Below are positions 46,185 through 56,189 of a stretch of 64,000 nucleotides of DNA, in pieces. The stretch's first letter is position 1. Each line of letters opens with the position of its first letter. The translations under genes were made by a program, and so were the position numbers. Source of the stretch: Actinomycetota bacterium. GTDB lineage: Bacteria > Actinomycetota > Geothermincolia > Geothermincolales > RBG-13-55-18. The DNA lies in the NCBI GenBank assembly GCA_014360655.1, contig JACIXC010000002.1, forward strand, positions 203,959 through 267,958. Direction: 5' to 3'. The notes under the pieces are model-generated. The model made no database searches. It was given only the letters and a program-made list of their open reading frames with translations, and was not told the DNA's origin.

Positions 46185-46812
46185 GGCACCTTGTCGCGAA
46201 CTCGCTTCCGTTTAGGTCATTTAACCACATGGAGAGCTTCCTTAACCAGCTCTGATCTTCCAGCTTAAGAGGCCGGACGCAGAGCCATGTCACCCCGTTC
46301 GGACAACCGGGAGATCGCTCCCTTCCTCCTGTCGGAGCAACTTGCTTTGCCAGGATGATGGGGTGCCCTCCCAACCACTCGAAAGACGTAAAACGCCTGC
46401 CGGGACGATACGGCACCACCGGTTCCGGTTGGCGGGTTTCCGTGAAAGCGCTGTCCGGAAAGGCGCGGGCGGCCCGAAAGGCCTTCCGGCTACCCGGCCG
46501 CGTGCTCGCCTGACCTTGAACGCATGTCCCGCAGGGGTGGAACGCACGCGGGAGTTGAACGGCGGTAGCGGCAAAACGGTAAACACTGGCTCTTGCCCCG
46601 AGGAAAGCTCATGCCCCGAACCGCGGCGCGCTCGCAGCGCTCAAGGGATGGTTCGGGCGAAAGGCGGAGTGGCCATGCGGGTTCCCGCACGCGGTCCCCG
46701 GAACCCGGCATATGCTTATAATGGTATGATGTGCTGGGACCCGCGGCGCAGGGCGGGGACGGGTCTCGCCCGCGTGGACGGGTGGCGCTTGCGAGGAAAA
46801 GGAGGGTAAGCC

Positions 46813-47661
46813 ATGCGCGAGGTGAAGATCTGGGTTCTCAGCGACAACACCGCGGCGCCGCCGGTTTTCCTGGCGGAACACGGGCTGTCGCTGCTCCTGG
46901 AGGTGGAGGGCAGGAGGTACCTGCTGGACTGCGGGCAGGGCGAGGTGGCCACGATCAACGCGGCGCGCATGGGCCTCGATCTGCGTGGCGTGGAGGCCAT
47001 CGTCCTCTCCCACGGGCATTATGACCACACGGCGGGGCTGCCGCGCATGCTGCAGGCCACGGGTCCCTGCAGGGTGATCTGCCACCCTTCAGCATTTCAT
47101 GCCAAGTATTACCAGTTGGGGGACGTGAGGCGTTACATCGGCATGCCGTGGCGCAGGGATTTCCTCGCCGCATCCGGAGCGTCCTTCGAGGAGAACGAGG
47201 GAGTGGCGGAGCTGGCCGAGGGGGTCTGGGTCACGGGCGCCATCCCTCGCCGCACGGACTTCGAGCCGGGCGATCCCAACCTGAAGCGCGAGGTTGACGG
47301 GGTTCTCGAGGTGGACCCCTTCCTGGACGACCAGGCGATGGTGGTGGACACCGGGGAGGGCCTGGTGGTGGTGCTGGGGTGTGCCCACGCGGGGGCCATG
47401 AACACGTGCCTTTACGCGCGAGAGCTCACCGGGGTGGAGCGCATACTGGCCGTGGTGGGCGGGTCGCACCTGGCCTTCCTGGGAAGGGAGCAGCTGTTGC
47501 GGACCATCGATGAACTGCGGAAAATGGACCCGGCCAGGCTGGCCTTCTCCCACTGCACCGGGCAGACGGCGGCGCGCGAGCTGGCCGCGGCCTTCGGGGA
47601 GCGTTTCGTCTTCAACCAGACCGGCACGTGCCTTGTCATCAACGAATCCTTGCTCGCCTGA
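46813..47661 (+). CDS. MBL-fold metallo-hydrolase
   Basis: 282 aa, SD AAGGAGGG. HxHxDH motif SHGHYDHTAG. Confidence 0.85.
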   Translation: MREVKIWVLSDNTAAPPVFLAEHGLSLLLEVEGRRYLLDCGQGEVATINAARMGLDLRGVEAIVLSHGHYDHTAGLPRMLQATGPCRVICHPSAFHAKYYQLGDVRRYIGMPWRRDFLAASGASFEENEGVAELAEGVWVTGAIPRRTDFEPGDPNLKREVDGVLEVDPFLDDQAMVVDTGEGLVVVLGCAHAGAMNTCLYARELTGVERILAVVGGSHLAFLGREQLLRTIDELRKMDPARLAFSHCTGQTAARELAAAFGERFVFNQTGTCLVINESLLA

Positions 47662-47783
47662 GCGCTGGGATCCCGGGGCGGAAAAGGCGGGAAAGGGCAC
47701 GCGAGTAGCGGGATAGTATACTATTGCCGTGAACGTGTGAGCCGTGGGTCGCGCGCGCCGAGGCTTGACAGCGAAGGAGGTCG

Positions 47784-48560
47784 ATGGAGTTGTACAAGGA
47801 GAGATTCTCCCTGCAGGACAAGGTGGCCATAATCACCGGCGGCAGCCGGGGGATAGGGAAGGCCATAGCGGAGGGCTTCGCCGAGATGGGCGCCAGGGTG
47901 GTGCTCGCCAGCCGCAAGGCGGAGGCCCTGGAGGAAGTGAGAAAGTCCATAGAGGAGAGGGGAGGAGAGGCCTACGTCATACCCACCCACATGGGCGACA
48001 TGGAGGGCATAGAGAGGCTGGTGCAGGGGGCCTTGGAAAAATATGGCACGATAGACATCCTGGTCAACAACGCCGCCACCAACCCCGTCTTCTGCGGCAC
48101 GGCGGAGATAGAGGAGGCCGCCTGGAACAAGATCATGGACGTGAACGTGAAGGGGGTCTTCTTCCTCACCCAGAAGGTGGGGAAGGTGATGTGCGAGAAG
48201 GGGGCGGGATCGGTCATCAACATATCGTCGGAAGCCGGGTTCTGCCCGACGCCCATGCTGGGCGTCTATTCCGTATCCAAGGCGGCGGTCAACATGCTCA
48301 CCAAGGTCTTCGCGCAGGAATGGGGCTCGCGCGGGGTAAGGGTGAACGCCATAGCGCCCGGCCTGGTGCGCACGCATTTCAGCCAGGCGCTGTGGGGCAA
48401 CGAGGCCATCCTGAACGCGGCCCTCACCTCCATACCGCTGGGGAGGATTGCGGAGCCGGAGGAGATGGTGGGGTTGGCCATCTACCTCGCGTCGGACGCC
48501 TCGTCGTACGTCACGGGCCAGATCTTCCTCGTGGACGGCGGCAGGGACGTTGCCCCGTGA
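47784..48560 (+). CDS. Short-chain dehydrogenase/reductase (SDR)
   Basis: TGGSRGIGKAIA, NNAA, and the catalytic YSVSKAAV. Confidence 0.9.
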   Translation: MELYKERFSLQDKVAIITGGSRGIGKAIAEGFAEMGARVVLASRKAEALEEVRKSIEERGGEAYVIPTHMGDMEGIERLVQGALEKYGTIDILVNNAATNPVFCGTAEIEEAAWNKIMDVNVKGVFFLTQKVGKVMCEKGAGSVINISSEAGFCPTPMLGVYSVSKAAVNMLTKVFAQEWGSRGVRVNAIAPGLVRTHFSQALWGNEAILNAALTSIPLGRIAEPEEMVGLAIYLASDASSYVTGQIFLVDGGRDVAP

Positions 48561-48612
48561 GCGCGCGGAAGGGGTCGCCCATCCCGGGACGACGGAGGGA
48601 AGGTGTAGGCGC

Positions 48613-50565
48613 TTGACGACCGGCGCAGGCCTCTGGGATCCCGTGCGCCTGGGGGGGATCAAGTTGCGCAACCGTGCGGTGATGCCCGCCATGGGCACCG
48701 CGTACGGCTCGCGCGAGGGCGAGGTCACGCCACGGCTGCTGGCCTACCTGGGGAGGCGCGCGGAAGGGGGCGTGGGCCTGGTGATAAGCGAGGTCCTGGC
48801 GGTACACCCCACGGGCAGGGCCTTCCCGTACGAGCTGGGCATATACGACGACTCCTTCCTTACCGGCCTGGCGCGCCTGGCGTCGACGGTGAAGGAGGCG
48901 GGCGCGGCGGTCGCGGCACAGCTCCACCACGCGGGGCGGGAGACCTTCCCCCAGGTCATCGGGTGCCAGCCCGTCGCCCCCTCGCCGCTTGCGAGCAGGG
49001 CCACTGGCCAGGTGCCGCGCGAGCTCTCGCGCGAGGAGATAGCGGAACTCCTGGGATGCTACGCCGCGGCCGCCGTGAGGGCGCGCGAGGCCGGCTTCGA
49101 CGCCGTCGAGGTGCACGGCGCCCACGGTTACCTCGTAAACCAGTTCATCTCCCCCTACTCCAACCGGAGGGAGGATGAATACGGCGGGGACGACGAGGGG
49201 CGCTTCCGCTTCGCGCGCGAGGTCGTCAGGGAGATAAAGCTCGCCGCGGGGAGGGATTTCCCGGTGATCTTCCGCTTCTCTTCCTGCGAGGACGTGAGGG
49301 GAGGGTACGATCTTGATTACATCCTCCCCCTGCTCCCCCTGCTGGAGGCGGAGGGGGTGGATGCATTTCACGTATCGCGTGGGGTGTACGATTCACCCGG
49401 CAACCCGACCTCTCCCGGCATGCACTTCCCCGCCGGGATCAACGTGGCGAACGCCGCCAGGGTGAAGGAGGAGGCGGGCGTGCCCGTCATAGTGGTGGGC
49501 AAGCTGCACGACCCGCGCATGGCGGACGAGGTGATAAGGGAAGGAAAGGCGGACCTGGTCGCCTTCGGACGGCAGCACCTCGCCGACCCGCATTTCCTCG
49601 CCAAGGCGGCGGAGGGGAGGTTCCGGGACATTCGCTTCTGCATATCGTGCAACCAGGGGTGCATAGAACGCCTTTCCTTTGAGCTCAAGCCGGTGACGTG
49701 TTCCATCAATCCCGATTGCGGCAACGAGTGGCGGGGGGAGGAGCGGCCGGCCCGCCGTGGTCCCTTCCTCGTGCTCGGGGCGGGCCCCGCGGGACTGCAG
49801 GCGGCGCTGACCATGGGAGAAGCCGGCGCGGAGGTCCTGGTGGTGGAGAAGGAGCCCGAACCGGGAGGCCAGTTGAGGGCGGCTTCCCGTCCCCCGCACA
49901 AGGAGAGCCTGGCATCCTGGGTGGAATGGGCGTGCGGCCGCCTCGCGGCGCTGGGGGTGGAGATGCGCACACGCTGCGCCGACTGGCGGCGCGTCCTGGA
50001 GGAGAGGGGCTGGAAGGGAGTGGTGGGAGCCTGCGGTTCCCGCCCCCTTATACCGCAGGTGCCCGGCTGCGAGCTGGATATCAATGCGGAGGCACGGGAG
50101 GTCCTCCTGGGGGACCGCGAGGTGGGCGAGAGGGTGGTGATCGTGGGGGCCGGCCCGGTGGGCATGGAGACGGCGCATCTCCTGCTGGAAAAAGGGCATA
50201 TCGTCACCGTCGTGGAGGAGGCGGAAAGCCCTCCCCTCTCTCCCTTGACCTCGCACGGTTATTTCCTGCACCGCTTGTTGAGGAAGAAGGGCAGGCTCAT
50301 CCTGGGGGCGCGCGTGTGCGAGGTCGGGCCTCGAGGCGTGGCGGTAATGCAGAGGGGCGAAAAGGGGGAGCTGCCGGCGGACAGCGTGGTATGGGCGGCG
50401 GGGGCGGTACCCGAGAGGGAGCCCCTGGAGGCGGCGGCGGGCCTGGGTCTGCGCGTGCTGGAAGCCGGGGACGCGGTTGCGCCGCGCCGCATCCTGGAGG
50501 CAGTGCACGAGGGAAACGAGGCCGCCCGCGAGCTCCTCTTCGGGGTTGAAGGGTCGGGTGAGTGA
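48613..50565 (+). CDS. NADH:flavin oxidoreductase (OYE-like) fused to an FAD/NAD(P)-binding domain, 2,4-dienoyl-CoA reductase (FadH)-like
   Basis: TTG at 48613 after SD GGAGGGAAGG, within ORF 48448-50565. HGAHGYLVNQFISP, CISCNQGC (Fe-S), GAGPAGL and GAGPVGME dinucleotide folds. Confidence 0.9.
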   Translation: MTTGAGLWDPVRLGGIKLRNRAVMPAMGTAYGSREGEVTPRLLAYLGRRAEGGVGLVISEVLAVHPTGRAFPYELGIYDDSFLTGLARLASTVKEAGAAVAAQLHHAGRETFPQVIGCQPVAPSPLASRATGQVPRELSREEIAELLGCYAAAAVRAREAGFDAVEVHGAHGYLVNQFISPYSNRREDEYGGDDEGRFRFAREVVREIKLAAGRDFPVIFRFSSCEDVRGGYDLDYILPLLPLLEAEGVDAFHVSRGVYDSPGNPTSPGMHFPAGINVANAARVKEEAGVPVIVVGKLHDPRMADEVIREGKADLVAFGRQHLADPHFLAKAAEGRFRDIRFCISCNQGCIERLSFELKPVTCSINPDCGNEWRGEERPARRGPFLVLGAGPAGLQAALTMGEAGAEVLVVEKEPEPGGQLRAASRPPHKESLASWVEWACGRLAALGVEMRTRCADWRRVLEERGWKGVVGACGSRPLIPQVPGCELDINAEAREVLLGDREVGERVVIVGAGPVGMETAHLLLEKGHIVTVVEEAESPPLSPLTSHGYFLHRLLRKKGRLILGARVCEVGPRGVAVMQRGEKGELPADSVVWAAGAVPEREPLEAAAGLGLRVLEAGDAVAPRRILEAVHEGNEAARELLFGVEGSGE

Positions 50566-50789
50566 TGGTGGCGGGCGACGGGCTTGCGCCGGTGAGAGGA
50601 GACCGCGCCCCGGCCCTCGTCAAAGCGCATCGTCTCCCGAGTCACGGGAAAGTCGCGGCAAGACGGCTCGCGCGGAGGAGGGGCGAGGGCCGATGTTAGA
50701 ATACGGTAGTGGTTAGGCGGTAGTGGTTCGGCGGGGAGCGGAGGAAGGACGGCGATCTGGAGAAGGGGGTGAGGAGCTTGCAGGAGTTC

Positions 50790-51314
50790 ATGGACGGCAG
50801 GGTGATCATCACCAAGGGAGACATAACCGCCTTCGACGTGGACGCCATCGTGAACGCGGCCAACAAGACCCTGCTGGGAGGAGGAGGCGTGGACGGGGCC
50901 ATACACCGGGCGGCCGGACCCCAGCTGCTGGAGGAATGCCGCACCCTGGGCGGCTGCGAGACGGGGGAGGCCAAGATCACCCGCGGATACCGGCTTCCCG
51001 CGCGCCACGTCATCCACACCGTGGGGCCGGTCTGGCACGGGGGGAAGAGCGGCGAGGACGACCTCCTGGCCTCCTGCTACCGCAACAGCCTCTCGCTTGC
51101 GGTGGAGAACGGCCTCGCCACGGTGGCCTTCCCGTCCATCTCCACCGGGGCCTACGGATTCCCCATCAGGCGTGCGGCTCCCATTGCCCTGCGCACGGTC
51201 AAGGAGGTCCTGGAGGCGAACCCGTCCCTGCGCGTGGTCTATTTCGTCTGCTTCAGCGACGGCGACCTGGAGGTATACCTGGAAGCGGCGAGGGACCTCT
51301 TCGGGCAGGAGTAG
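50790..51314 (+). CDS. Macro-domain protein (O-acetyl-ADP-ribose deacetylase, YmdB-like)
   Basis: [41 protein letters not shown]. The ORF-track GTG start at 50769 is an alternative. Confidence 0.9.
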   Translation: MDGRVIITKGDITAFDVDAIVNAANKTLLGGGGVDGAIHRAAGPQLLEECRTLGGCETGEAKITRGYRLPARHVIHTVGPVWHGGKSGEDDLLASCYRNSLSLAVENGLATVAFPSISTGAYGFPIRRAAPIALRTVKEVLEANPSLRVVYFVCFSDGDLEVYLEAARDLFGQE

Positions 51315-51458
51315 GTGGCGGGTCTTGAGGTACATGTCAGGTGGCGGGCCGGCAGGCAAATGTCCTTCACTGCGCTTGGGCGCAGCGGATGGCCCTTCGC
51401 GCGCGGGCGCGAGCGGCGGGAGAGGAAGGCGCGGACGCTTGCCGTGCGGGAGGCGGCG

Positions 51459-52088
51459 GTGAGGATCCTCTTCGTCTGCACGGGAAACGTGTGCCGCAGC
51501 GTTATGGCCGAGGCCTTCCTGCGGCAGGCCCTGCAGGGCCGTGCGAGGGACGGCCTGGTTGAGGCGGTGTCCGCCGGCACGGACGCGCGTGAGGGAGAGA
51601 AGGCGCCCCCGGAGGTGGTGGAGGTGATGCGCGGCTTCGACCTCGACGTGTCGGGACATCGCGCCCGCCTCCTTACCGGCGCCGACGTGGAGGGGTCCGA
51701 CCTCATCCTCACCATGGCCATGCACAACAGCCAGCGCCTTCTGACCATGTACCAGGACGCGGTGGACAGGGTCTTCACGCTCAAGGAATTCGTCATACAG
51801 GGAAAGGAGAAGGGAAGGCGGCTCTCATCGCGTGATCCCGAGACACGCCTGAGGGAACTGAAGGGATGGATACGGCACGTGGAGGGGCTGGAAAAGGGGC
51901 CGGGGGAGGGGAACCTCAACGAGAAGCTGCGCCTCTTCTTCCTGCACTATTTTTACCTCTACGACCACAGCTTCACCATAGACGACCCCCTGGGACAATC
52001 GGTGGAGTTCATGCGGCGCACGGCGCTGGAGATCCGGGATTGCGTGCGGGAGATGGCGGGGCGTGAACTTCTCGGGTTACTCCCGTGA
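51459..52088 (+). CDS. Low-molecular-weight protein tyrosine phosphatase with internal insertion
   Basis: GTG at 51459 after SD GGGAGG. VRILFVCTGNVCRSVMAE has the CX5R(S) motif. The DP general-acid motif (IDDPLGQ) is displaced by an insert of about 55 aa. Confidence 0.8.
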   Translation: MRILFVCTGNVCRSVMAEAFLRQALQGRARDGLVEAVSAGTDAREGEKAPPEVVEVMRGFDLDVSGHRARLLTGADVEGSDLILTMAMHNSQRLLTMYQDAVDRVFTLKEFVIQGKEKGRRLSSRDPETRLRELKGWIRHVEGLEKGPGEGNLNEKLRLFFLHYFYLYDHSFTIDDPLGQSVEFMRRTALEIRDCVREMAGRELLGLLP

Positions 52089-52249
52089 GGGATCATCGCG
52101 CACGCGGGATGGGGGCGGAGGGGGGAGCGGCGGGACGAGGAAGGGGCGACGGGTTGAGGCCGCGGCCGCACCGAGGGGCGGCGCGCGAGGCGGTTGAAGC
52201 AGGTAGGGCCCGTGCCTGTGCGCGCGGCCCCCACGAAGAGGAGGGAAGC

Positions 52250-53035
52250 ATGGAGGAGGTGATCTTCCGGCGCGAGGGCGCGGTGGAGGTAATAACCCTC
52301 AACCGCCCCGAGGTACTCAACGCCTTCACCCTGGGCATGCTGCAGGCCATGGCGCGCAGGTTCGAGGAGCTGGAACAGGACGACACGGCGAGGGCGGTGG
52401 TGATCACCGGCGCGGGCAGGGCGTTCTGCGCCGGGGCCGACCTGGCGGGAGGAGGCTCGCGCAGCGACGGACATACCCCCGCCGGCATGCGCCTTTCCGC
52501 CGGAATATACGCGCGACTGGTGAGGAACATGGTGGAGATGGAGAAGCCGGTGGTGGGAGCCATCAACGGAGACGCGGCGGGAGCGGGATGCAGCTTCGCG
52601 CTGGCCTGCGACCTGCTCGTGGCGTCCGAAGAGGCCCGCTTCATACAGGTGTTCGTGCGCCGTGGGCTGGTGGCCGACGCCGGGGGAACCTTTTTCCTGC
52701 CCCGCCTGGTGGGGCTGGCGAGGGCCAAGGAGATGATGTTCTTCGGCGAGCCGGTGGACGCCCACCGGGCTTACGAGCTGGGCCTCGTGAACAGGGTGGT
52801 GCCGCCGCAGCGTCTCATGGAGGAGGCCATGGAGCTGGCGAGGCGCCTGGCCGCGGGGCCCACGCGGGCCATAGGCATGATGAAACGCATGCTCAACCGC
52901 TCCTTCGAGAACGACCTGGGCACATGCATGGACCTCGAGGCCACCTACCAGGGGATAGCGGTGAGCACCGAGGACGTCATGGAGGGGGTCACCTCCTTCC
53001 TCCAGAAGAGGGAACCGCGCTTCAAGGGAAAGTAG
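52250..53035 (+). CDS. Enoyl-CoA hydratase/isomerase (crotonase family)
   Basis: ATG at 52250 within ORF 52085-53035. LNRPEVLNAF and ITGAGRAFCAGADL. Confidence 0.9.
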   Translation: MEEVIFRREGAVEVITLNRPEVLNAFTLGMLQAMARRFEELEQDDTARAVVITGAGRAFCAGADLAGGGSRSDGHTPAGMRLSAGIYARLVRNMVEMEKPVVGAINGDAAGAGCSFALACDLLVASEEARFIQVFVRRGLVADAGGTFFLPRLVGLARAKEMMFFGEPVDAHRAYELGLVNRVVPPQRLMEEAMELARRLAAGPTRAIGMMKRMLNRSFENDLGTCMDLEATYQGIAVSTEDVMEGVTSFLQKREPRFKGK

Positions 53036-53118
53036 CATGCACGTGGCGTGTCCGTGGCCGCCAGGGGCATCAACGGTAGCCGGGCGGCACGGCGGCGGCG
53101 ACGGGAGGAGGAACGGCA

Positions 53119-53865
53119 ATGGCCGATGCTGGAAGACATATCGCCTTCTTCGACCTGGACCACACCCTGCTTGACGGAGCTAACGGGAACCTGGTGGTCA
53201 AGTACATGGTAAGGAAGGGCCTCCTGGGATGGGAGGCGGTGTGGAAGGCCCTGAAGTTCACCGCGCTCTACCGTCTCAACCGCCTGCCGCGCGAGGAGGT
53301 CTATCGCTGGACATTCCGGGAATGCGGCAAGTATCCCATCGACGAGCTCATACGCATGCTCGACGAGGCCTACGAGGCCTGCATCATGCCCCGCCTCTTC
53401 CGGGAGGGCGAGGAGTGCATAGGCGAGCACAGGGCACGGGGGCACCTCACGGTCATCGCCACCGCGGCGGGAGAGTATGTCTCCGAGAAGGTGCGCGTGC
53501 AGCTGGGGGCGGACGACAAGATAGCCGCCGTGGCCCCGGTGCGCGACGGCTACCTCACCGATGAGCTGGAGCGCCCCCTGCCGTACGGCGAAGGCAAGGA
53601 GCAGTTGGCGCGCGCTTACGCGGCGGCGCGTGGGGTTGACCTGGCGGATTGCTGGTTCTACTCCGACAGCCTGGCCGACCTGCCCCTGCTCGAGGCCGTC
53701 GGCCACCCCGTGGCCGTGAACCCGCAGCGCGGACTGCGCCGCCTGGCCGAGGAGAGAGGGTGGCCCGTCCGGCAATGGCGCACGAGGGCGGGGTACACGC
53801 AGCCCAGCCGCGCCGAGCGCCTTTCCTTCGATCCCTCACGCGGAGCTGTATCCTCGGGGGAGTGA
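53119..53865 (+). CDS. HAD-IB family hydrolase
   Basis: AFFDLDHTLL (DxDxT), and a C-terminal YSDSLADLPLL motif. Confidence 0.85.
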   Translation: MADAGRHIAFFDLDHTLLDGANGNLVVKYMVRKGLLGWEAVWKALKFTALYRLNRLPREEVYRWTFRECGKYPIDELIRMLDEAYEACIMPRLFREGEECIGEHRARGHLTVIATAAGEYVSEKVRVQLGADDKIAAVAPVRDGYLTDELERPLPYGEGKEQLARAYAAARGVDLADCWFYSDSLADLPLLEAVGHPVAVNPQRGLRRLAEERGWPVRQWRTRAGYTQPSRAERLSFDPSRGAVSSGE

Positions 53866-54191
53866 GGCCGGATGCGGCGGCGGCATGCGCGCGGGGGGAC
53901 GAGCCCTTTTCCGGCGGGAGACGGGATGCGCTTTCTACCGGTTGGTAAATATTACCTATAGCGGGAGGACGTGGCATGCGTGATGGGCGGTGGGTGCTCG
54001 CGATCACCTGCCCTCCTGTTGGGACGTGAAAGCGCGCCAACTCAGAGAGGCATGTCCATAAACGCGTTTTCGGGCCAGGAACTAAGGATAGCTGTTTCAT
54101 ACGCGGCTGAACGATCGGGCGAGATATATCTCGAACCGCGTGGTGCCGGCGACAGGGCCGCGGGGTTGCCGCGGTGGACCGGTACACGCGA

Positions 54192-54219
54192 TTGACTTAC
54201 GGAAGCGTAGTCCTATAAT
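54192..54219 (+). promoter_or_regulatory. Consensus-like promoter giving a leaderless TetR mRNA
   Basis: TTGACT (54192-54197), N16, TATAAT (54214-54219). The ATG of the TetR gene at 54228 lies only 8 nt past the -10, with no SD. Confidence 0.55.
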
Positions 54220-54227
54220 GTAATGAC

Positions 54228-54890
54228 ATGTCAGTACCAAAAAAGAGGATGCCGGCTCCCGAGAGGAGAGAACATATACTGCGCAGCGCCAGCAAGGTGT
54301 TCTCCAGGAAAGGATACCGTCTCACCTCCGTCTCGGATATCGTGCAGGAGGCATCGATAGGGCGCGGCACCTTCTACCTGTACTTTGAGTCCAAGCGTGA
54401 CATCTTCCGCGAGCTCATCGAGTCGTACTTCGAGGATTACACGAGGATACTGCAGGAGAACCACCGGAGACTCATCGACGCGTTCCGGGAGCCCTCAAGG
54501 ATCCTCGGGACCTGGAGGGAGAACATGCTGCGCGTGCTGCGCTACGCGGCCGAGAACCCCGACCTCACCCACATAGTCTACAGGGAGGCATTGGGAAAGG
54601 ACGAGGACTTCTCGGACCGCGTGGAGGAACTCTCCAGGCTGGCGCGGGAGATGCTCAAGGAGGAGTTCCAGATCATGTACGACCGCGGCATGATGCGAGC
54701 TTGCGACATTGAGGTGGTGACCTCGATCATCATGGGTTCCACCGTCTATCTCGTGATGGAACAGCTCCTGGCTGGCAACGAGGATGTGGAAAGGCTCACC
54801 GATGACATGGTCGAATACCATATCCGTGCCCTCATACCCGACGAGGGCGACGTGAAACGGGCGTTGAGAAGCGCGCTCGGCGGAAGCTGA
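54228..54890 (+). CDS. TetR/AcrR-family transcriptional regulator
   Basis: 220 aa. ILRSASKVFSRKGYRLTSVSDIVQEASIGRGTFYLYFESK HTH signature. Confidence 0.9.
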   Translation: MSVPKKRMPAPERREHILRSASKVFSRKGYRLTSVSDIVQEASIGRGTFYLYFESKRDIFRELIESYFEDYTRILQENHRRLIDAFREPSRILGTWRENMLRVLRYAAENPDLTHIVYREALGKDEDFSDRVEELSRLAREMLKEEFQIMYDRGMMRACDIEVVTSIIMGSTVYLVMEQLLAGNEDVERLTDDMVEYHIRALIPDEGDVKRALRSALGGS

Positions 54891-55067
54891 GACGAGGCCC
54901 CTGGCGGAGATCTGCACGGAGAAGGGAGGAGGTGGACGCAGCACAGGAAGAGTAGACCATGCGGTTTTTGCCCGGTCCGGATCCTCTCGGGGACTGGTGC
55001 GGAGACGGCAACGCTCCGCGCGAGCGGGAAAGGCAGTAAGAAGCGGTAGCATTAAGGGGTGAAGCTT

Positions 55068-56177
55068 ATGGTTTCGTTTGAGCTGGACGACGAACAGAAA
55101 CTTGTCCAGGAGACCGTCGCCTCCTTCGCGGCGGACCTCATGGAGCCCGCCATGCGGGAAAGCGACGAGAAGGGGGAGGTGCCGGAGGAAGTCATCGCAA
55201 AGGGATGGGAGCTCGGCCTCCTGGGGGGATGCATCCCAGAGGAATACGAGGGGTTCGGCGAGGAGCTTTCCGCGCTGACCGGGGTCATCGCCCTCGAGGA
55301 GCTCGGATGGGGTGACCTTTCCATAGCCATGCATCTCATGGCCCCCTCGGTGATGGCCATCTCCGTGCTCGACCAGGGGACCGAGGAGCAGAAGAAGGAG
55401 ATCCTCCCCGCCTTCTGCGGCGAGGGTTACAAGGCCGCGTCCTGCGCCCTCGTGGAGCCCTACTACAACTTCTGCCCATCCTCGCTGCGGGCCGTGGCGG
55501 AGCAGGACGGCGAGGAATACGTCATCAACGGCAGGAAGTGCCTGGCATCCCTGGCCAGGGAATCCGACAGCATGCTCGTGTTCGCCGCCACCTCGCCGGG
55601 CATGGGCTTTTCCGGCGTGGACGCCTTCATCATACCCACCGGCGCCAAGGGCGTGGAGATAGGCGAGAGGGAGAAGAACATGGGCATCAAGGCCCTGGCC
55701 ACCTATCCCGTGACGTTAAAGGACTGCCGCGTGCCCGTGTCCGCCCGCCTGGGCGGGGAGAAGGGATGCGATTTCCTGCGCCTGCTCTCGCGCTCGCGCC
55801 TGGCCCTGGCGGCGCTCGCGGTGGGCATGAGCCGCAGGGCGCTGGAGCACTCGCGCGATTACGCCACCCAGAGGGTGGCCTTCGGCGAGCCCATCGGGTC
55901 TCGGCAGGCCATCGCCTTCATGATCGCGGAGATGGCCATAGAGGTCGACGCGACGCGCCTGCTTGTGTGGGAGGCCGCCTGGCGCTGCGACAGGAACATG
56001 GACTTCGAGAAGGAAGCGGCCCTGGCCAAGAACTACGCGGCGGACATGGCCATGATGGTATGCGACCGCGGGGTGCAGATCATGGGCGGGCACGGCTACG
56101 TGAGGGACAACCCCGTGGAGCTGTGGTTCCGCAACGCGCGCGGGTTCGCCACCTTCGAGGGAATGGTCATGGTTTAA
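55068..56177 (+). CDS. Acyl-CoA dehydrogenase
   Basis: ATG at 55068. ACAD N/M/C domains and a C-terminal ...GGHGYVRDNPVELWFRNARGFATFEG. Confidence 0.9.
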   Translation: MVSFELDDEQKLVQETVASFAADLMEPAMRESDEKGEVPEEVIAKGWELGLLGGCIPEEYEGFGEELSALTGVIALEELGWGDLSIAMHLMAPSVMAISVLDQGTEEQKKEILPAFCGEGYKAASCALVEPYYNFCPSSLRAVAEQDGEEYVINGRKCLASLARESDSMLVFAATSPGMGFSGVDAFIIPTGAKGVEIGEREKNMGIKALATYPVTLKDCRVPVSARLGGEKGCDFLRLLSRSRLALAALAVGMSRRALEHSRDYATQRVAFGEPIGSRQAIAFMIAEMAIEVDATRLLVWEAAWRCDRNMDFEKEAALAKNYAADMAMMVCDRGVQIMGGHGYVRDNPVELWFRNARGFATFEGMVMV

Positions 56178-56189
56178 GGAGGTGGGAAG

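Noticed and set aside
46185-46812. RNase P RNA, SRP RNA, tmRNA, TPP riboswitch or cobalamin riboswitch in the long intergenic gap.
   Set aside because: Only isolated look-alike fragments were found: GAGGAAAGC and GGAACCCGGCAUA ~100 nt apart, GUCCGGAAAGG, and GGGGUGCCC at 46360-46368 without a following CUGAGA or ACCUGAUCUGG box. Order and spacing do not fit any of these families. Kept only as an unexplained structured region.
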